64,000 nt of DNA from Antedon mediterranea. Taxonomy: Eukaryota; Animalia; Echinodermata. The notes beneath the pieces were generated by a model. The model had not been told where the DNA came from and did no database searches. It was given only the letters and a program-made list of their open reading frames with translations. The stretch is from contig NC_092679.1 of the NCBI RefSeq assembly GCF_964355755.1, positions 5,300,201 to 5,364,200 on the forward strand. Direction: 5' to 3'. Position numbers and translations under genes: made by a program. Shown here piece after piece: positions 25,729 to 39,950 of the stretch. How positions within the stretch are numbered: the stretch's first letter is position 1; each line of letters begins with the position of its first letter.

Positions 25729-28700
25729 GCTATAGTACAGTGAATATGTAAAAAATATATAATAGAATATTTAATTAAATTATTGTATTAATCGTATTTA
25801 CTTAATGTAAAAGAATACATTTTTATATTACTTTAAAAGAAATTATTTTACTGATCGTTATTCAATTTAACCTTATTTGGTCATTTTTCCTCCTTATTTG
25901 GCCAATAGTTCTTTCAATTTATGTTAAATTTTCAGAATCATTTGAGTAAAATATTTTGAAAGGGGATAGCGTAAGAAAAGAAAAAAAAATCAAGATGCTT
26001 GACAATAAACAAAATAAAAATAATATTCACCGCAGTTTTGCTTTTAATCATTTTAATAATTGTATTTTTATTGCTTTTATTAACCTTTTTATTACTCTTT
26101 TGATAAATAAAAAAAATGTATGCCTATCATCAATAATCAACTATATTGCCGATATGTAACAATGACTATAAAGCAACGAAGATAGCTTTCAAAACATATC
26201 ATCTAACCATTCTATGTTTATGAGTTGTTGTTTTTGGATTTGATATGTTTATTCTACGTTGTTTGGGCTCTTATGTATTTTGTTAAATTGTTGTGCTTTT
26301 ATGTAAATTGTTTTGATTTTGATAGTAAAAGAGTAAGAAAATAAGAGAATAGTACAGAGAGGTTTGTAAATTATGACGTCACGAACTTTTATCGATGGTA
26401 CGCGTGAAATTTGCATTTAGAGTATAAGGAAACTAACGAATTTTATTCATTGCCATTATGATAAATTATGACGCTAAAAACAATGATACAGACACAGATA
26501 CATCTAACTCAGTCTATACTTAATTGACATTTATTAAAAACAGTTGGAAATAATTTCACAGTTCTAGTGTATACACAACAAATATAACCCTTTAGTTGAA
26601 ATACATAAAACAGTACAACAGCATACAATCAGCGAGAGTCCATTCCGAGGACAACACGACAATTACGAATAGATGGACTGTTTGAACTTGTATAGCCCTG
26701 AGGTCAAGTAGAACCACTAGGACGATGTTGTGAGCCCATTTATCCATCGAATTACCTCCTCTAATTCCTTGTAAGGTGCATGTCATTCTGTAGTGAAACG
26801 GACGGAAATAGATTGTTTTCAAAGGGAAATACTACAAGGAATACTTACAATATTTGAAATTTAAGTAATTTTATGACCCTGGTTTTTGTCAAAGTAATAT
26901 CACGTTTACGACATGTTGTACCACGGCAAAGCTTCATGATATTATATTTTATATACTGTTAAACCAGAATTAAAAGTAATTATTGTAAATATTAGCAAAT
27001 ACTTTTTCTTTTCTTTAAACAGTGTAGTGTATAAACTCTATTGTGTCAACTTAATTAATTAATAAGTCAAATTCACCAGTACGTGGTTGAAGACGATTTC
27101 GATATTCATTAATTCATTTATTAAATAGTTTGTAGGCCACTGGCCCAAGTACAATAATAATAGTAAATATTATAAAATTTAAGTAGTAGTAACAGCAAAA
27201 TAATTAGTTCTCTTTTTATATGCGAAAAGGGCAAATCTTATTGGTTATTGGTTGCTTTTTTCTTTTTGTTTTTCATTAGTGAAATAAACTTTTTTAATGT
27301 TTTAAAAATGATATCATGCAAGAAATTGCTGGAATCTGTAACCGATTTCCTGATTAAACTAATGGTAAAATATATAGATAGATAGGCCTATATCTGGGTA
27401 TTGATAATTATTTCTAGCATTTTCATATATATATTAAAATTGGATATACTGTTTTTCTTGATCTAATACAAACACATATCCCAAGTGGAATCTGTATAAC
27501 TGGTTACCTGCTAAAGAACCAGCAAAATAACACACACATTATGACAGATCTAGATATTGATAATTTCTAGCATTTCCAGATATATATTAATTGAGCACAC
27601 ATGTTAATTTTGAAAACTTGTTGATGAACCAGATGATACATGCAGGATTAAACGAAACAACAACATCTCAAATGCTAAGTACGTGCTTAATCATGCTATC
27701 TAGAATATGGGTTATTTAAAGAAGGATAAGTACCAAGTATCAGCATACCAAGACATCTGAAAAATTAGAACAAATTAAACAAACATCAACCTAAATACGT
27801 TCACATTGCAATGTTGACACTATGTTTAAAATCGAAATACGTGTTTATAAGTGCCATGAGCGGTTCTCGGTGGTTTCTTGGTTCAGACGTCCTCATTGCA
27901 GCGCATTGTATTGTTAGTGGACTAGTTTTAACTATTGTTTACATCACATTCTAGGCCTAAAATTCGGTTAGGAATTAGACATACGAAAACGCATGCTGTT
28001 TCTACGATTAGCTATGTTGCTTCATAATATCTAATAGCGACTAGCAGACTTCATTAGCATCCACATTGACAGAATTCATCAAACTCGACCCAATAACAAC
28101 AAACCTTTAGGGGGAGTGTGTAGTGGTATCATATTGCTACCTCTTTTGTGAAGACTTGTTGAAAATCACAACTCTCCGGACAGCAAACTATTGTCCAGAT
28201 TTTAAACCCAATGAAGTCTATAACTGGAGTATTCTGTTTGTCGTCGAACAGTCTGAGAAACGTAAAATATGCGATTTAATACTGATTTAGTCGGTGTATA
28301 GATCTTGAAGAAAAGGGATCAAGAATATGGTGAGTATTTATTTTTGAAATTATATAAAATCTAAAAATTGTTAAGGAATTATTTAATCGATAGATTAGGA
28401 AATTAAATATTGAAATATACACCACTTCAAAGGGTAAAGCGATTTTCATAAGGAGGGCCTATTATTAAGTAATTGTGTGTACAGTTTTCATAAATAATAA
28501 ATAAATAATAACATTACTGTACCGGTATATATATAAGTATATATATATCAAGTTTAAAGTTTAAACAAATAAAAATATAGGTATATTGGTATATTATAGG
28601 CCACGTACTGTAATACTTAATATAGAATCATTGAAGGTCTAAATAACAGCAAAAAAAGTATGAATTAAAATAGTTTTGTAAATGCTAAATTTGTCTCATT

Positions 28701-28847
28701 AATATTGCTACTCAAGTTTTATTATGTACGGTGTACCGTCTAAACTCTTTTTTTGTGTCTATAATATCACCCTTTTCACACGCTAAACCCCCGGCTAAAC
28801 CACAACCCCTATAATTAAATCAGCATCTTACAAAGTGATCCTGAAAT

Positions 28848-28880
28848 CATGAATGGAGCTGTCTAATTTTTAGCTCCATG
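28848..28880. mobile_element. Tiny CATG...CATG inverted-repeat element with direct-repeat flanks (P-element-like remnant)
   Basis: ATGGAGCT...AGCTCCAT inverted repeat. CTGAAAT duplicated at 28841-47 and 28881-87. Confidence 0.4.
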
Positions 28881-29669
28881 CTGAAATCATGTAGTTTGAT
28901 ACACATGACAATATACGTGTAAGATCGTCATATCGAATCATTTAAATCAACTCATCTTTGTCGCCATATTACATAGGTTTTAAGTGCTATGTGACCGAGT
29001 TTTATACCAGCGTTAACTGCGCCTAGTCATAGTATGTGCATAAACGTGTTTCATTGCTATTGTTATTAATTATATATATTTACGAACCGTATGGAATAAA
29101 CGTCACTCAAAAATAAAAACCATGTCAATATTTAGGATACATTTTACATCTTCAACAATTATGGAATAATACTAATATGTCTTGTTATGTTATTCATAGT
29201 TTTGGCTTCCGTCGTGTCTAATGTACTTAAAAATTTGTGGAAAAGCATACACTTAACAACAATTTGATTTTGAGAACGATTTAGGCCTATATTATTGTTA
29301 ATGATTAGCAATTTCTCTGATTATAACCTATTGCATCAGAGCAATTTTGTAAATTAAAAAATTGAAGTATGTAGGCCTATAAACATTTATAAAATATTTT
29401 ATAACTCCACACTTTTAATATGTTCAGTTCACTTAATAATGTTATAACGAACTTAAGATGATTTGAATAAACATAATTTCTTAAGTAACATTATTCGATC
29501 AATGTATAGGATTACTTATAAAAGAATTAAAATAACAAAATAATTAAGAATGCCTAATTACAATATAATTGTTATAATCATATTCTTTCATCAGCTTTTG
29601 ATAAATAAAATATAATGATTATAATTATTATTATTATAATTCGTTATGAATAATAACGTGACTTCCTAA

Positions 29670-29834
29670 AGCTTTGTCTACACGATCAAACTTTATGTGA
29701 CAACAAATATGATGTGCTCATATATGGACATGATGATGTCATATCATTACCATATGTGGGTAGGCCTACATCACGACCATATTTGGGCACATCACACTTT
29801 TTTATCAAACTAGTTTGATAGTGTAGGCAGAGCT
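29670..29834 (+). mobile_element. Harbinger-type MITE family A (165 bp)
   Basis: TIRs AGCTTTGTCTACACGATCAAAC / GTTTGATAGTGTAGGCAGAGCT, TAA TSD on both sides, internal ~21-bp subrepeats. Confidence 0.85.
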
Positions 29835-30368
29835 TAAGAAGACATTGAACTATTAAAGAATACAAAATCTTTTTCTAATCGTTTTTTGATAGCTTTCTAT
29901 CATATCATTTTCATATAACGATTATTACCTAACGACAGTCTTTCCGTTGAATACTGTTATTTAAGCTCTAGATTATGCTAGGATAAAGGGATATAACGGT
30001 TTGCCCAACGTGACAGTCAAGGCCAGACGACGTAGGCTGCTGCTGGACAATTCAGTTGTATAACTTTACAAATTGTAGTAGACAGACACATGTTTAACAA
30101 TGATAGTAAAACCACAATTTTGTGTATTCGACAATCTATATATAAAGGAGGCGAAACTAATACAATAGATGAATTAACTTTACATCATGCTCTTGTAAGT
30201 TTTATTTGCTATATTAATTATTTAACAACTAATAAAACATTGGCGCGAGTGTAACAGTAATAATAGGTACAATAGTGTATTTAACACTCTAGTATTAATT
30301 TGAAATAATTTTTTTAATAAATGATTAAATCAGACAAAATGCAGACAAAACAAAAAACAACTATAATA

Positions 30369-30438
30369 TGTGGCACATTGGTATGGCTTACTCATTGAAA
30401 CATAACTGTGGTCGCCGTCACCATACCGAGTTCGAATC
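30369..30438 (+). mobile_element. Degenerate tRNA-like SINE head
   Basis: A-box-like TGGCACATTGG and B-box GAGTTCGAATC at tRNA-like spacing; no cloverleaf. Confidence 0.35.
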
Positions 30439-33400
30439 TTTTTTTGTGATTCGACTTTATTTTCACATGTTACATTTTACCCTTAAACGTGGGTTCAGTC
30501 TTTCTCTTTATTTTTCAGTTTTGAAATAATTATTTTTATAAATATTTATATTGAATGTTCAATATATTTATTTTAAATCTTAATATTTGTGTATAAAAAC
30601 TAATAACCGAATACCTATTATTATTATTATTATTATTTTCAAATTATGTTTTGTTATTTATGATACTTTGTTGATATATTATATGACATATCTTATATTT
30701 TGTTTGCATCCAAAATGTTGTCTATTTGCGGTATCAACCTAAAAATTTCAGGTATTCATGTCACCGCACAAAATAGATTTGTTAAATGAGAAGAAAGTCG
30801 GTACGTGAACCCGCTATCTTTCTAGGATATGTTTCATTGCATTACGGAATTACTGTCTGAACAACATCAACATGTTAAGAGCATTACTAAATATCAAAAG
30901 CATATCAAATGTTTTAAAATTTAAAGGATCTGTGTGACTAATAATCAGTTGATTGTGTACAAGAATTGATTTCAATAGTTGTTTGCTGTGTACGCCAACA
31001 TAAACCTTTCTTATGAGTATGTACGAACCTGGTAATGTTTTTTCATGTTTGTATTGAAATTGAACTGTACGATAGGCCTTAGTATAAACAGAAAGAAACT
31101 AAATCAGTGATATTCTAATTAGGCATAAACTGATATATATATTCATTTATCATTAAATATTTAGAATTACCCTAAACAATATTCGGTTTAAGTTCACGTT
31201 TATTTAGCAATTGTATGAATGCTTTTTTAAAAAGTGTAAATTAATTATTTAAAAAGAAAAAAAACAAATAAATAAATACATATTATAAAAGTTGAATTTA
31301 ATTGAATATTCTGGATAGTAAAATAACCAGTAGTGTGAATACAGGAACGTCCAAACAGCTTCTCAGCTCACTTTACTAAGAGTCTTCATAAATCTATTCA
31401 TAGACAAACTTTAAAATATTTCAATCCTATGCAATTGAACTTTATAATGAACTATAATTTATTATCCCTTTAACTTCGATCGAGTATACAGTTAACGGTT
31501 GCAAAAAAGTGAAGAATTTCAGCACATCGAATTGATACATTTTAAGAGAGCACTTACAATGAAATATTAATCTTTGTTGTAATGAGTTATTCCAATAATA
31601 CTCGTATACGAATGACAAAAATAAGATAATATGATAACGTGATCCCAGAATCACTAATGAAAAACTGATAATGATAATACATACACGATTTGTGCACTCG
31701 AGCGTGGAAGGTATCACTTTCAAGGTAAAACTAAACTTTGAAAATACATACATCCATTTTTTATAGAATTATAACTATACTATTATCCATTCAATTAGAA
31801 ATCTACAGGAGGGAATACTGCGGTACTCAGCCATTTTGTTGTACTGAAGTGGTTTACTTTTGAAATTCACATAACACAAAAGTGTTTCTAATTCTTGGAA
31901 CAAGAAGAACTTCTTTCTAAGAATATACATCTAACTATTCTATGTTGCTGTACTTCTTTGATTGGCCTTAATTATCTGGTGGAAATTTCAGAACAAAATA
32001 TGCTTTAAAATCACATTTTGTGACTATAAGTTACGAATATAAATCATTACAGCCTGTGAGTGCACTAAAATGTCCAGTTATTACTAGCGTCTTGACGGTA
32101 CTATTTACTTCTATTCTGCTTTGCGTTGCATTGAACACCTTTGCTTACCAGGCCTGGTTCATGGTTACAACTGATAGACCTAAACCAAACTAAGTTATAT
32201 AGCATTTCATAAATCAGTTTTTAAAACATATCTCAGACCTATATTCATTAATGGAGTATCATTCAAAATGGAACAAATTCAACAGTTTTTCTTTCTGTCA
32301 TGGTTTTTCTCCATAAACACTTAATAACAATTACCTGTAAATAACAATTCATAATTCAAGCTAACTACAACTGCATAAATAAAATAAGTAAGTGTTTTAC
32401 TCCATTGGTCTTCACTATTAGTATTACTTTTTGTGTGAGAAACAGCTGTATCAAACTAAACCGAAACTTTCCTTTCTACATTAATATATAAAGTTACATG
32501 AGAAAAGAAAGGGTTGATTGTAAAATCAGACGGATAAGCTAGGCCTCGTATAAAATGCCTCTAGGCTACAAGTTAGGTAAACTAGCTTGTAATTCTGCCC
32601 ATAAAATCTTTTCTTTTGAAAAGTACAACCGCACACCGATTTATAAAAGAACACCATTTTAATCGATTTCTCTAATAAGAAGTAATAGTTGAAAAAGTAA
32701 AGATTAACAATGTATTTAATATTCTTGTTATTTCAAGGAGTAGAGCTTTTCTTTAAGTGGGTTTTCCTGAAGGGATTATGAAAGTAATACACCCTTTAAG
32801 CTCAAGTGTAAGCCTAATAAGTCAACTATACGAAATCGAATTACAAAAGTCTGGCTCCAGAACTTCTGCTGCGAAAGATTTGGTAGAATGTATTCAGTTT
32901 ATTGAAAAGGGGGAAGTTTGTGTGAGTAAGAGACTTTACATTTCGATGACAGAACTCGATTGTTAGCAGTTCTGGTAAAGCTGCAGGCAAGATCAGAACA
33001 ATCACAAACTAATTGATTCAAGGCGACTGGGTGGATAACAATGAGTTAAACATATAAAAGTTCATTAAGCAAGAAAAATGGAAACATAAATTTTAGACTT
33101 GTTCAAGAGGTAAACCTGTCAGAAAGAAACTATATTAATCTGCGGTAAATACGTTCCCTCCCTTTGACCCAGTTTCTATCGCACCCTTCTCATTATCAAT
33201 GCCTGACTTCATTATACCAGGTCAGTATTATATTAACAAGTTTGAAAAAAGTTCACAGAATTTTAAATAGTTAAATTAACTACAGTATTGAATCCGTCTG
33301 CACGAATTATTAAATTAGTATTCTAAAACTAACTGTTTCTTTAGAATTTATGAAAATACAGATTTTATGAAAAATGTTATTAAATAAATAGATAAAATAT

Positions 33401-36400
33401 TACTGAAATTTTAAAAAGAGTAAGGGGCTAATGCCGGTATACTTAACCGCTTGCAAATACAAATTGTTCTCTTATCATTGATAATAGGCCTATATTTTAT
33501 ACATCATTTATTGCGTTAGTATGTTAGACCTACAATACGTCTATGTAAATTTGAATAATTTCGACAATATCTCTGCATTAACAATTCGTTAGATTAGAAT
33601 TTATATTATTACAATTTTTGGCAATTTTTTGGAAAACTACAGCACCTTTTTGATAAAGTATCAATTTTAAAAGCAACTAACAATGAAGAATGTGGTATTT
33701 TAAACTAACAAGCTATTTAGAATAGGCATATGCATTCATGAATGAAATATTTAAGCTATGTAGATTAGCACCATGAGCAGAGAATCGCCAGTTCCGTCCA
33801 GGCCAATGTACAATTCTGAGCGGTCTAACATGATTCATTGATAGGGCCTAGCAAACGGTGTCATTATTATCAGTAACCAAATATTTCTAGCGGATTTATG
33901 ATTTATAATTCTGCTATGTTTCTACATTGATAGTCATCTATCTAGTATTGTAAAATAAAATGTTGTAAATGATCACTAAACCGAGGAGAGATTTAGTTGA
34001 AGTATTAAATCTTTGCTGAATGTAACAAAGGATAGATGAAAAATTAGCGGTATGATAAAATAAAGATGTTTTATAAATTTATAGTTACATCGGCATGTTT
34101 ACATCACCTCGGCAGCGTAGTTTCATATACGCGTATCAAATGGCTAGTAAACGATAGGCCTATAGAAAATGTAGAATCGGCTTTATAGCGGTCAGGTAAT
34201 GTTATTCACTTCACACATGTGATAATTTTAACTAGAATATTAGCGGATTCTGCAATTATTAAACATTGACTCAAATCCAATCGAAAATACAAAAATAAAA
34301 TGGACACATTCAAGCCCAGGTCTACCCACATTGTCAACTAGAGTTGATGGTTTAGACGAATAGGCCTATTGGCTGACATGATATACAAACAAAACATTAA
34401 ATTAATATGAAACTCTTTATCGAAATATCCATTATAGAAAATTTAATTTTGAAAAACATATAAATATAATTTACCTGATCTGATAACATTATTGTTGTTA
34501 TACGCCTAATAATATATTGATTAAATGTTTACCAATTTAATATCGATATTGTTTTGCAACGAATTTATATGTGTAAATGGTATAATAACAATAATTATAA
34601 TATTAATATTAAATATTGCATGATACACAGTATTATACAACTTCATCACGTATACATACTTTTCCACCGGAGAATAGTGAGTGATGTTTATATGCTAGAC
34701 ATTTAGAGGTTCAATTGTCTCACTTTATGGTGATAATAATGTGTACCGTTGAAGAGATACTGACGGATTTAAACATTTGATTACACCATCTGGTCTAGCC
34801 TTAACAAATCACAACTGGGTTGAAAATAAAGTTAAATTCGTAGACCACTGGAACCTATCATCTACTATAACAACCCATTGGAGAATTAAAATATCTAATA
34901 AAAGTTTTAAATTCTGAATATTATGCTTTGGTCGTAAACCTATGGAGGAATTGTTATTCCAGATGTATTAAACACTTTAAATAGTTCCTCAAATATAGAA
35001 TAATACATAAGAACAGTCTTTTACATCATAGTACACATACAAACAGAACATATACTATATAAGTTTTTGCTTGTAAATTAGTCTCTATTGAAAACTAAGA
35101 TATCCTATTAATGATTAAATGATAGTTTGGCCCGCCATAGCAAAGCGTACATTCAAGTGCTAAATTGAAGCTGATCCTATTTAAAGGAACGAAGATAGAT
35201 ATTTATATATTAGTTAGTGAAATAGGCCTATAATATCTATGCTTATATTCAATCAACTCTATACTAAGTTTCTCTAAAGTTGTAGGCCTTGGGTCTCTAG
35301 TGCAAAACCCGGATGAGTGAAGGCCGTTTAAACGTGTACTTGAGCAGTAGTTTTAATGGGATGGGTCAGCTCAGCTCAAGCTACTGCTCTTTACATGCTA
35401 ATCCATCAGCAACCGTTACAGTTACGGTGTATTGTCTAATACCCATTTTTTTACCAAAATTAAAACCACACACACTGTACAGATAATCACATTTCATGGT
35501 TTAAAGAGTACAAAACGGGTCTCATTAAATTAGATGCTCACCCGGGTTTTGTTTAACGTGCTTGCATATTATTAATTTTAGTACCGTTGTCTATCGGCGA
35601 TAAATCAACTCCGACTAGCATTCATTTGTCGGTTAGTGTTAACTGAAATTTGTATAGATTAATAACACGTTTTAGAAAAATACGAGTAAAAAAATAATTT
35701 CCTGATGTTAATTAAAATACAATATTTAAACATTAACAAGTTGGAAAGAATGATGTATTTACACATGTACTAGCAGTCATTTACTACGGCGCGGTGCATC
35801 CCCTTGTAGACAGTTGTGTTGTATCGCGAAGAAAAACATCTGTTGTTTGTCGCTTTTCTGTCAGCAGCCATCTTGTTGGAACACTCTTCCGTTGGGTGGA
35901 CACAAACTGACGAAACAGTCACAGATTAATAAAAAAAAACCCTCAAAAATAGGCGTGCGTAGCAAAGAATTTGTCCTCCATAAAAGATGTTGAGATAATA
36001 TAAATGCAGAACACTTCATGAATGTATTGCATAGGATAAAAATACAACAATATTTTCAATAGCAAACAATATACCGCATATAATAATAATAACTGTGGTT
36101 GACCATAAATTAACCGGATACTGATGTGCGATAACTGGACAGTACAATTATGCCTGCTGCTGGTCGGTTGAATTGAATCACGACGTTAAAAGGCCAGTGC
36201 AGAGGTCATGTTCCAAGTCCAAGTCAATCTGTCCCATGGCCAAGAAATTCCAATCTCTTTTTAATAGATATAGACGCGCTGTAGAAACAAAATTAGTTGA
36301 ATGTTTGGGTGGTGTTAGGAAGGTTGTTTAGGTGAACACTGTTAACACATTGAGTTAATTCCCACGTTATCTGTTGACGAGGTAGGTACTCTAAAATGAT

Positions 36401-38154
36401 TATGTTCATAACTTGAGCTTATTAATTTTGTTTTCGTTAATTATAGTTCTAGAGTATACCCATATTGTGTTCCCAAATCTGTAAACAAATTCTTCTTTCA
36501 GTAATTGTAACCAAAAACCATTCTTTGTGTGGATTCTGCAAAGGCAATGTGACAGACAGAATATCGTATCATTTGGATCGAAATTATACTTAAAAGTGAG
36601 CTTAAGAACCGGGCTAAATTTTAAATTCAATAATTGTATTATTTAGTAAAATACTTAACTGATAGCACTAAATTTGTACGGTATTTATTCCTGACTGTCG
36701 CATTAAATTTTACTAATAAATGTATTTAAAAGTAAACGTTTAATGCATGTATTTTTAGCCTTTCTATTACAAAAATAAATGCTACCATCCTTGTATAGAT
36801 ATCATCTTATCATCATAGGTCAGGGTTTAAATAGTTTAATTTATAGAGAGAAGTGGGTAAAGTAATATGTTTCTTCATCTTCATTTTTGAAAATAAACAT
36901 TTAGGCATTCTAAAAATGTTTTATAAAGACAATACACGTGCTTCTGGCTGCTACCAGGTACAGTGTCATCAAACACAAACTTAGAACAGAAATTGAACAA
37001 AATAGACCTTGCATTAATCTGTCATTAACTATTTTGATAAGTTTATTTGAAAGGTTATATATATACATATAAAAGATGTTTCATATACTTTTTGTATATA
37101 TACCTCTCTGATATCAACAAACCCTGTCTGTACCCCTAACCATTGAGTGGGTTTTGCGTAGTGACCTTCTAGTGACGTCATTGGGTTTTTTAAACGTTAG
37201 GTGGGGTTCTATAACGTTCCATAACGACAGTGATTTATTTGTTTTGAAAACGCTCATTTCATGTATATCTATTAAAATCGAGAGGGGGCTATTACATTCA
37301 AGTAATGCAGAATAACAATAGTCAACAGCGAAAAGTGGGCTGAATTGAGGAATAATATTATTCATAATACTAACTATATAATGTTGACGACATCATTCTT
37401 TAGAGTGAACCGTCTTACATATTATTTGTAGACTATATTGTTTGTCGCAAGCTTCAAAAGAAACTTTTAATTTGAAGGCGGTATTCTAAAGATAATTTTG
37501 AATAGCGAATATAATTATTTTTAATAATATTTCCTTTTCTAAAACGCATAAATCGATCATTATATTAGTTATTAAGTACTTTAATTGGTGTATTTATGTA
37601 CCTAGACATTAAATTTTCACTGAAAAGAAATAAAAAAAGCCGTAAACAAAGCAAAATGTTAATCGTCGGAGACTTTTATTATCGTTCAATCAAACACAGC
37701 CTATTGTGTTTTTCTTTTGTTGTCGTCTTTTTATGTGTATAATCAACATTTAATGGCAACATTTAGGCTTATGTGGATTATATACCACATATAACAACGT
37801 AATTCGAATTTTAATGTTTTCATCGGACACGCGGTACACGTGACGATTATTATAACTAAATAATTCCCCAATTATTATCAATATTATGATATAATGGTTG
37901 ATTATTTAATATATTAACCGCATTTGAATACTCTATTATTATATATAACAACGGTATACTTTGACAGATAATATTTTAGATAAAAGACGGTTTGCAAGAA
38001 GCGAATTTCAAAGGTCTTTGTTAGTAAGTGATTTGATAAGTTTTCATACGCGTGTTTTGTTGAGCTGACCTTACGTTTGATTCGTTATTTCGTTGTTGAT
38101 GGATTAAATGGCATAAGACAATCGTAGATCTGTCCTAATTGCTCGGGCAACACT

Positions 38155-38244
38155 ACACAGTAGCGATACCACACGGTAGCGATACCACACGGTAGCCGTA
38201 CCACACTGTAGCGATACCACACGGTAGCCGTACCAAACGGTAGC
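38155..38244. repeat. 16-bp minisatellite (ACACGGTAGCGATACC) x~5.5
   Basis: TAGC recurs at 38161, 38177, 38193, 38209, 38225 and 38241. Confidence 0.9.
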
Positions 38245-38930
38245 ATTTTATGTTACCAATAAATGTGCTCTAAATTCATGAACAATTTAATATATCAAGT
38301 GGTTTTGAATAATAAAAAGAATTATAATTTTAAATGTTTATATAATTGGTGAACTAAAGTTTACCAAGAAAAATATTTTGTGACTTGACTTTCGAAGCGA
38401 ACAATGTAGGTTAGTACATTATAAGTAGGCCCTTATGAAATTAAATATTTATAAAATATGACATAATTTTTATTTTTTTTTTACATAATAATCTTCAATA
38501 TATTTCCTAGATTCCTTTTAAGAATAATAATAATTCGCACGATAGATATTCACATATTTCAGAGAAATTGCTTAATTTTTAGAGAATTTACATCCAAAAC
38601 TTGTATTGCAGTACCGTAAGTTAATTTCATGATTTTAGAAATAATATGATTATTCTAAAAAGAAATAAAAAACGAAATTAATAAAATAGAGATAATTTAC
38701 CATACCATATACGGTATTGAAACGCGCTTTAAACGAATATTCCTGTCACTTATTATTCAAATGTGTAGAGAATTGATGCTAACAACACATGTTGCTCCAG
38801 TTATCCCCATGCACCCTCTGTGAGGTTGGATCAAAATTAGGTCTGGGCTAAAGATGATAACAACGAATAATTATATTGGCACACATTCTAAGATCTTTCA
38901 GATATTTCTCCAGTGAAAATAATTTTTTAA

Positions 38931-39234
38931 AGATGTATGGTCCCCCTGAAAAATAGTTTTTTTTTGTTGTTGCATATGCTATCTTAATGTAGCATAATAG
39001 TTATCCACTTTGACCAAAAATTGGGTCTAAACAAAATTAATTTACCTGAATAAACTGTAATTTAAAAAAAAATGGCTAAATTTTTTTTTAATTTAACCAT
39101 TTATTATGTTATTCTATAAGTAAAAACATATTTTTTATCGGAAGTGATTAACTTTATTAAAACTACAAAATAACCTATTCAAAGTCTGATTTAATTAATC
39201 TTTATTTTTCATGTTTTTAGGGGACAATACATCT
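38931..39234 (+). mobile_element. Kolobok-like MITE family B, complete
   Basis: TTAA|AGATGTATGGTCCCC ... GGGGACAATACATCT|TTAA. TTAA TSD with AG...CT termini fits Kolobok rather than piggyBac (CCC...GGG). Confidence 0.85.
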
Positions 39235-39623
39235 TTAAATTTCGCTTAACGAATTTCAGAAGTTAAAGTAATCAAGTTATATGGTAGTTTGTTTCCATTT
39301 TGAGAATGTTGTTGCTTTAATAATATTTCAAATCAATTATGCTTTTGTTTCCTCCTTTGTTCAATATGTAGAGTTAGTAATCAATATTTCAATAAATTTG
39401 AATATAGGTCTATATTTGTTTATTCTATACAAAATTATTATATTATATTAATATTCAATGAGTCCTCATCCTCAGTCATTCATTATATGTGGTGAAATAA
39501 TATACAAATAATGAATGTTTATGAGTGTAATGGTACAAATAATGGCACGAGGTGAATGATGAAAGGTTATATTTCAACGAGGCAAAAAAAAAAAAAAAAA
39601 TTGACTGTATAATAAATATACCA

Positions 39624-39662
39624 AGCACTGATGAAGGGCTAGTGTTGTCCGAAAGCTCTGCT
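39624..39662 (+). ncRNA. Minimal type I hammerhead ribozyme
   Basis: Stem I AGCA/TGCT; core CTGATGA (39628-34); stem II GGGC/GTCC with 7-nt loop; GAAA (39651-54); palindromic stem III AGCT; UH cleavage site after C39658. Confidence 0.8.
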
Positions 39663-39708
39663 AATGTTTCTGGCTGTTTTACTTTATCGTTTTGATTTAG
39701 CTTTTATG

Positions 39709-39950
39709 TTGTATCTCCATTGAGATCCAGCCGCTGATACCCACAGCATTGTCATTTTTCAGTTATATTTTTGTATCTCAATTGAGATCCAGCCACTGAT
39801 ACCCACAGCATTGTCATTTTTCAGTTATATTTTTGTATCTCAATTGAGATCCAGCCACTGATACCCACAGCCTTGTCATTTTTCAGTTATATTTTTGTAT
39901 CTCAATTGAGATCCAGCCACTGATACCCACAGCCTTGTCATTTTTTCAGT
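39709..39950. repeat. 62-bp tandem repeat x~3.9
   Basis: GTATCTC recurs at 39711, 39773, 39835 and 39897. Units 2-4 contain the 14-bp palindrome ATCTCAATTGAGAT (one mismatch in unit 1). Confidence 0.95.

Larger units (their letters stand above)
39601..39950 (+). mobile_element. Penelope-like element pseudo-LTR remnant (hammerhead plus tandem tail)
   Basis: AATAAA, then a minimal hammerhead motif, a T-rich stretch and ~4 tandem 62-bp units. Minimal type I hammerheads are a known feature of Penelope-like pLTRs. Confidence 0.65.

Noticed and set aside
35303-35551. Weak inverted repeats CAAAACCCGGATGAG / CTCACCCGGGTTTTG
   Set aside because: Possibly an old MITE, but no TSD or second copy supports it.
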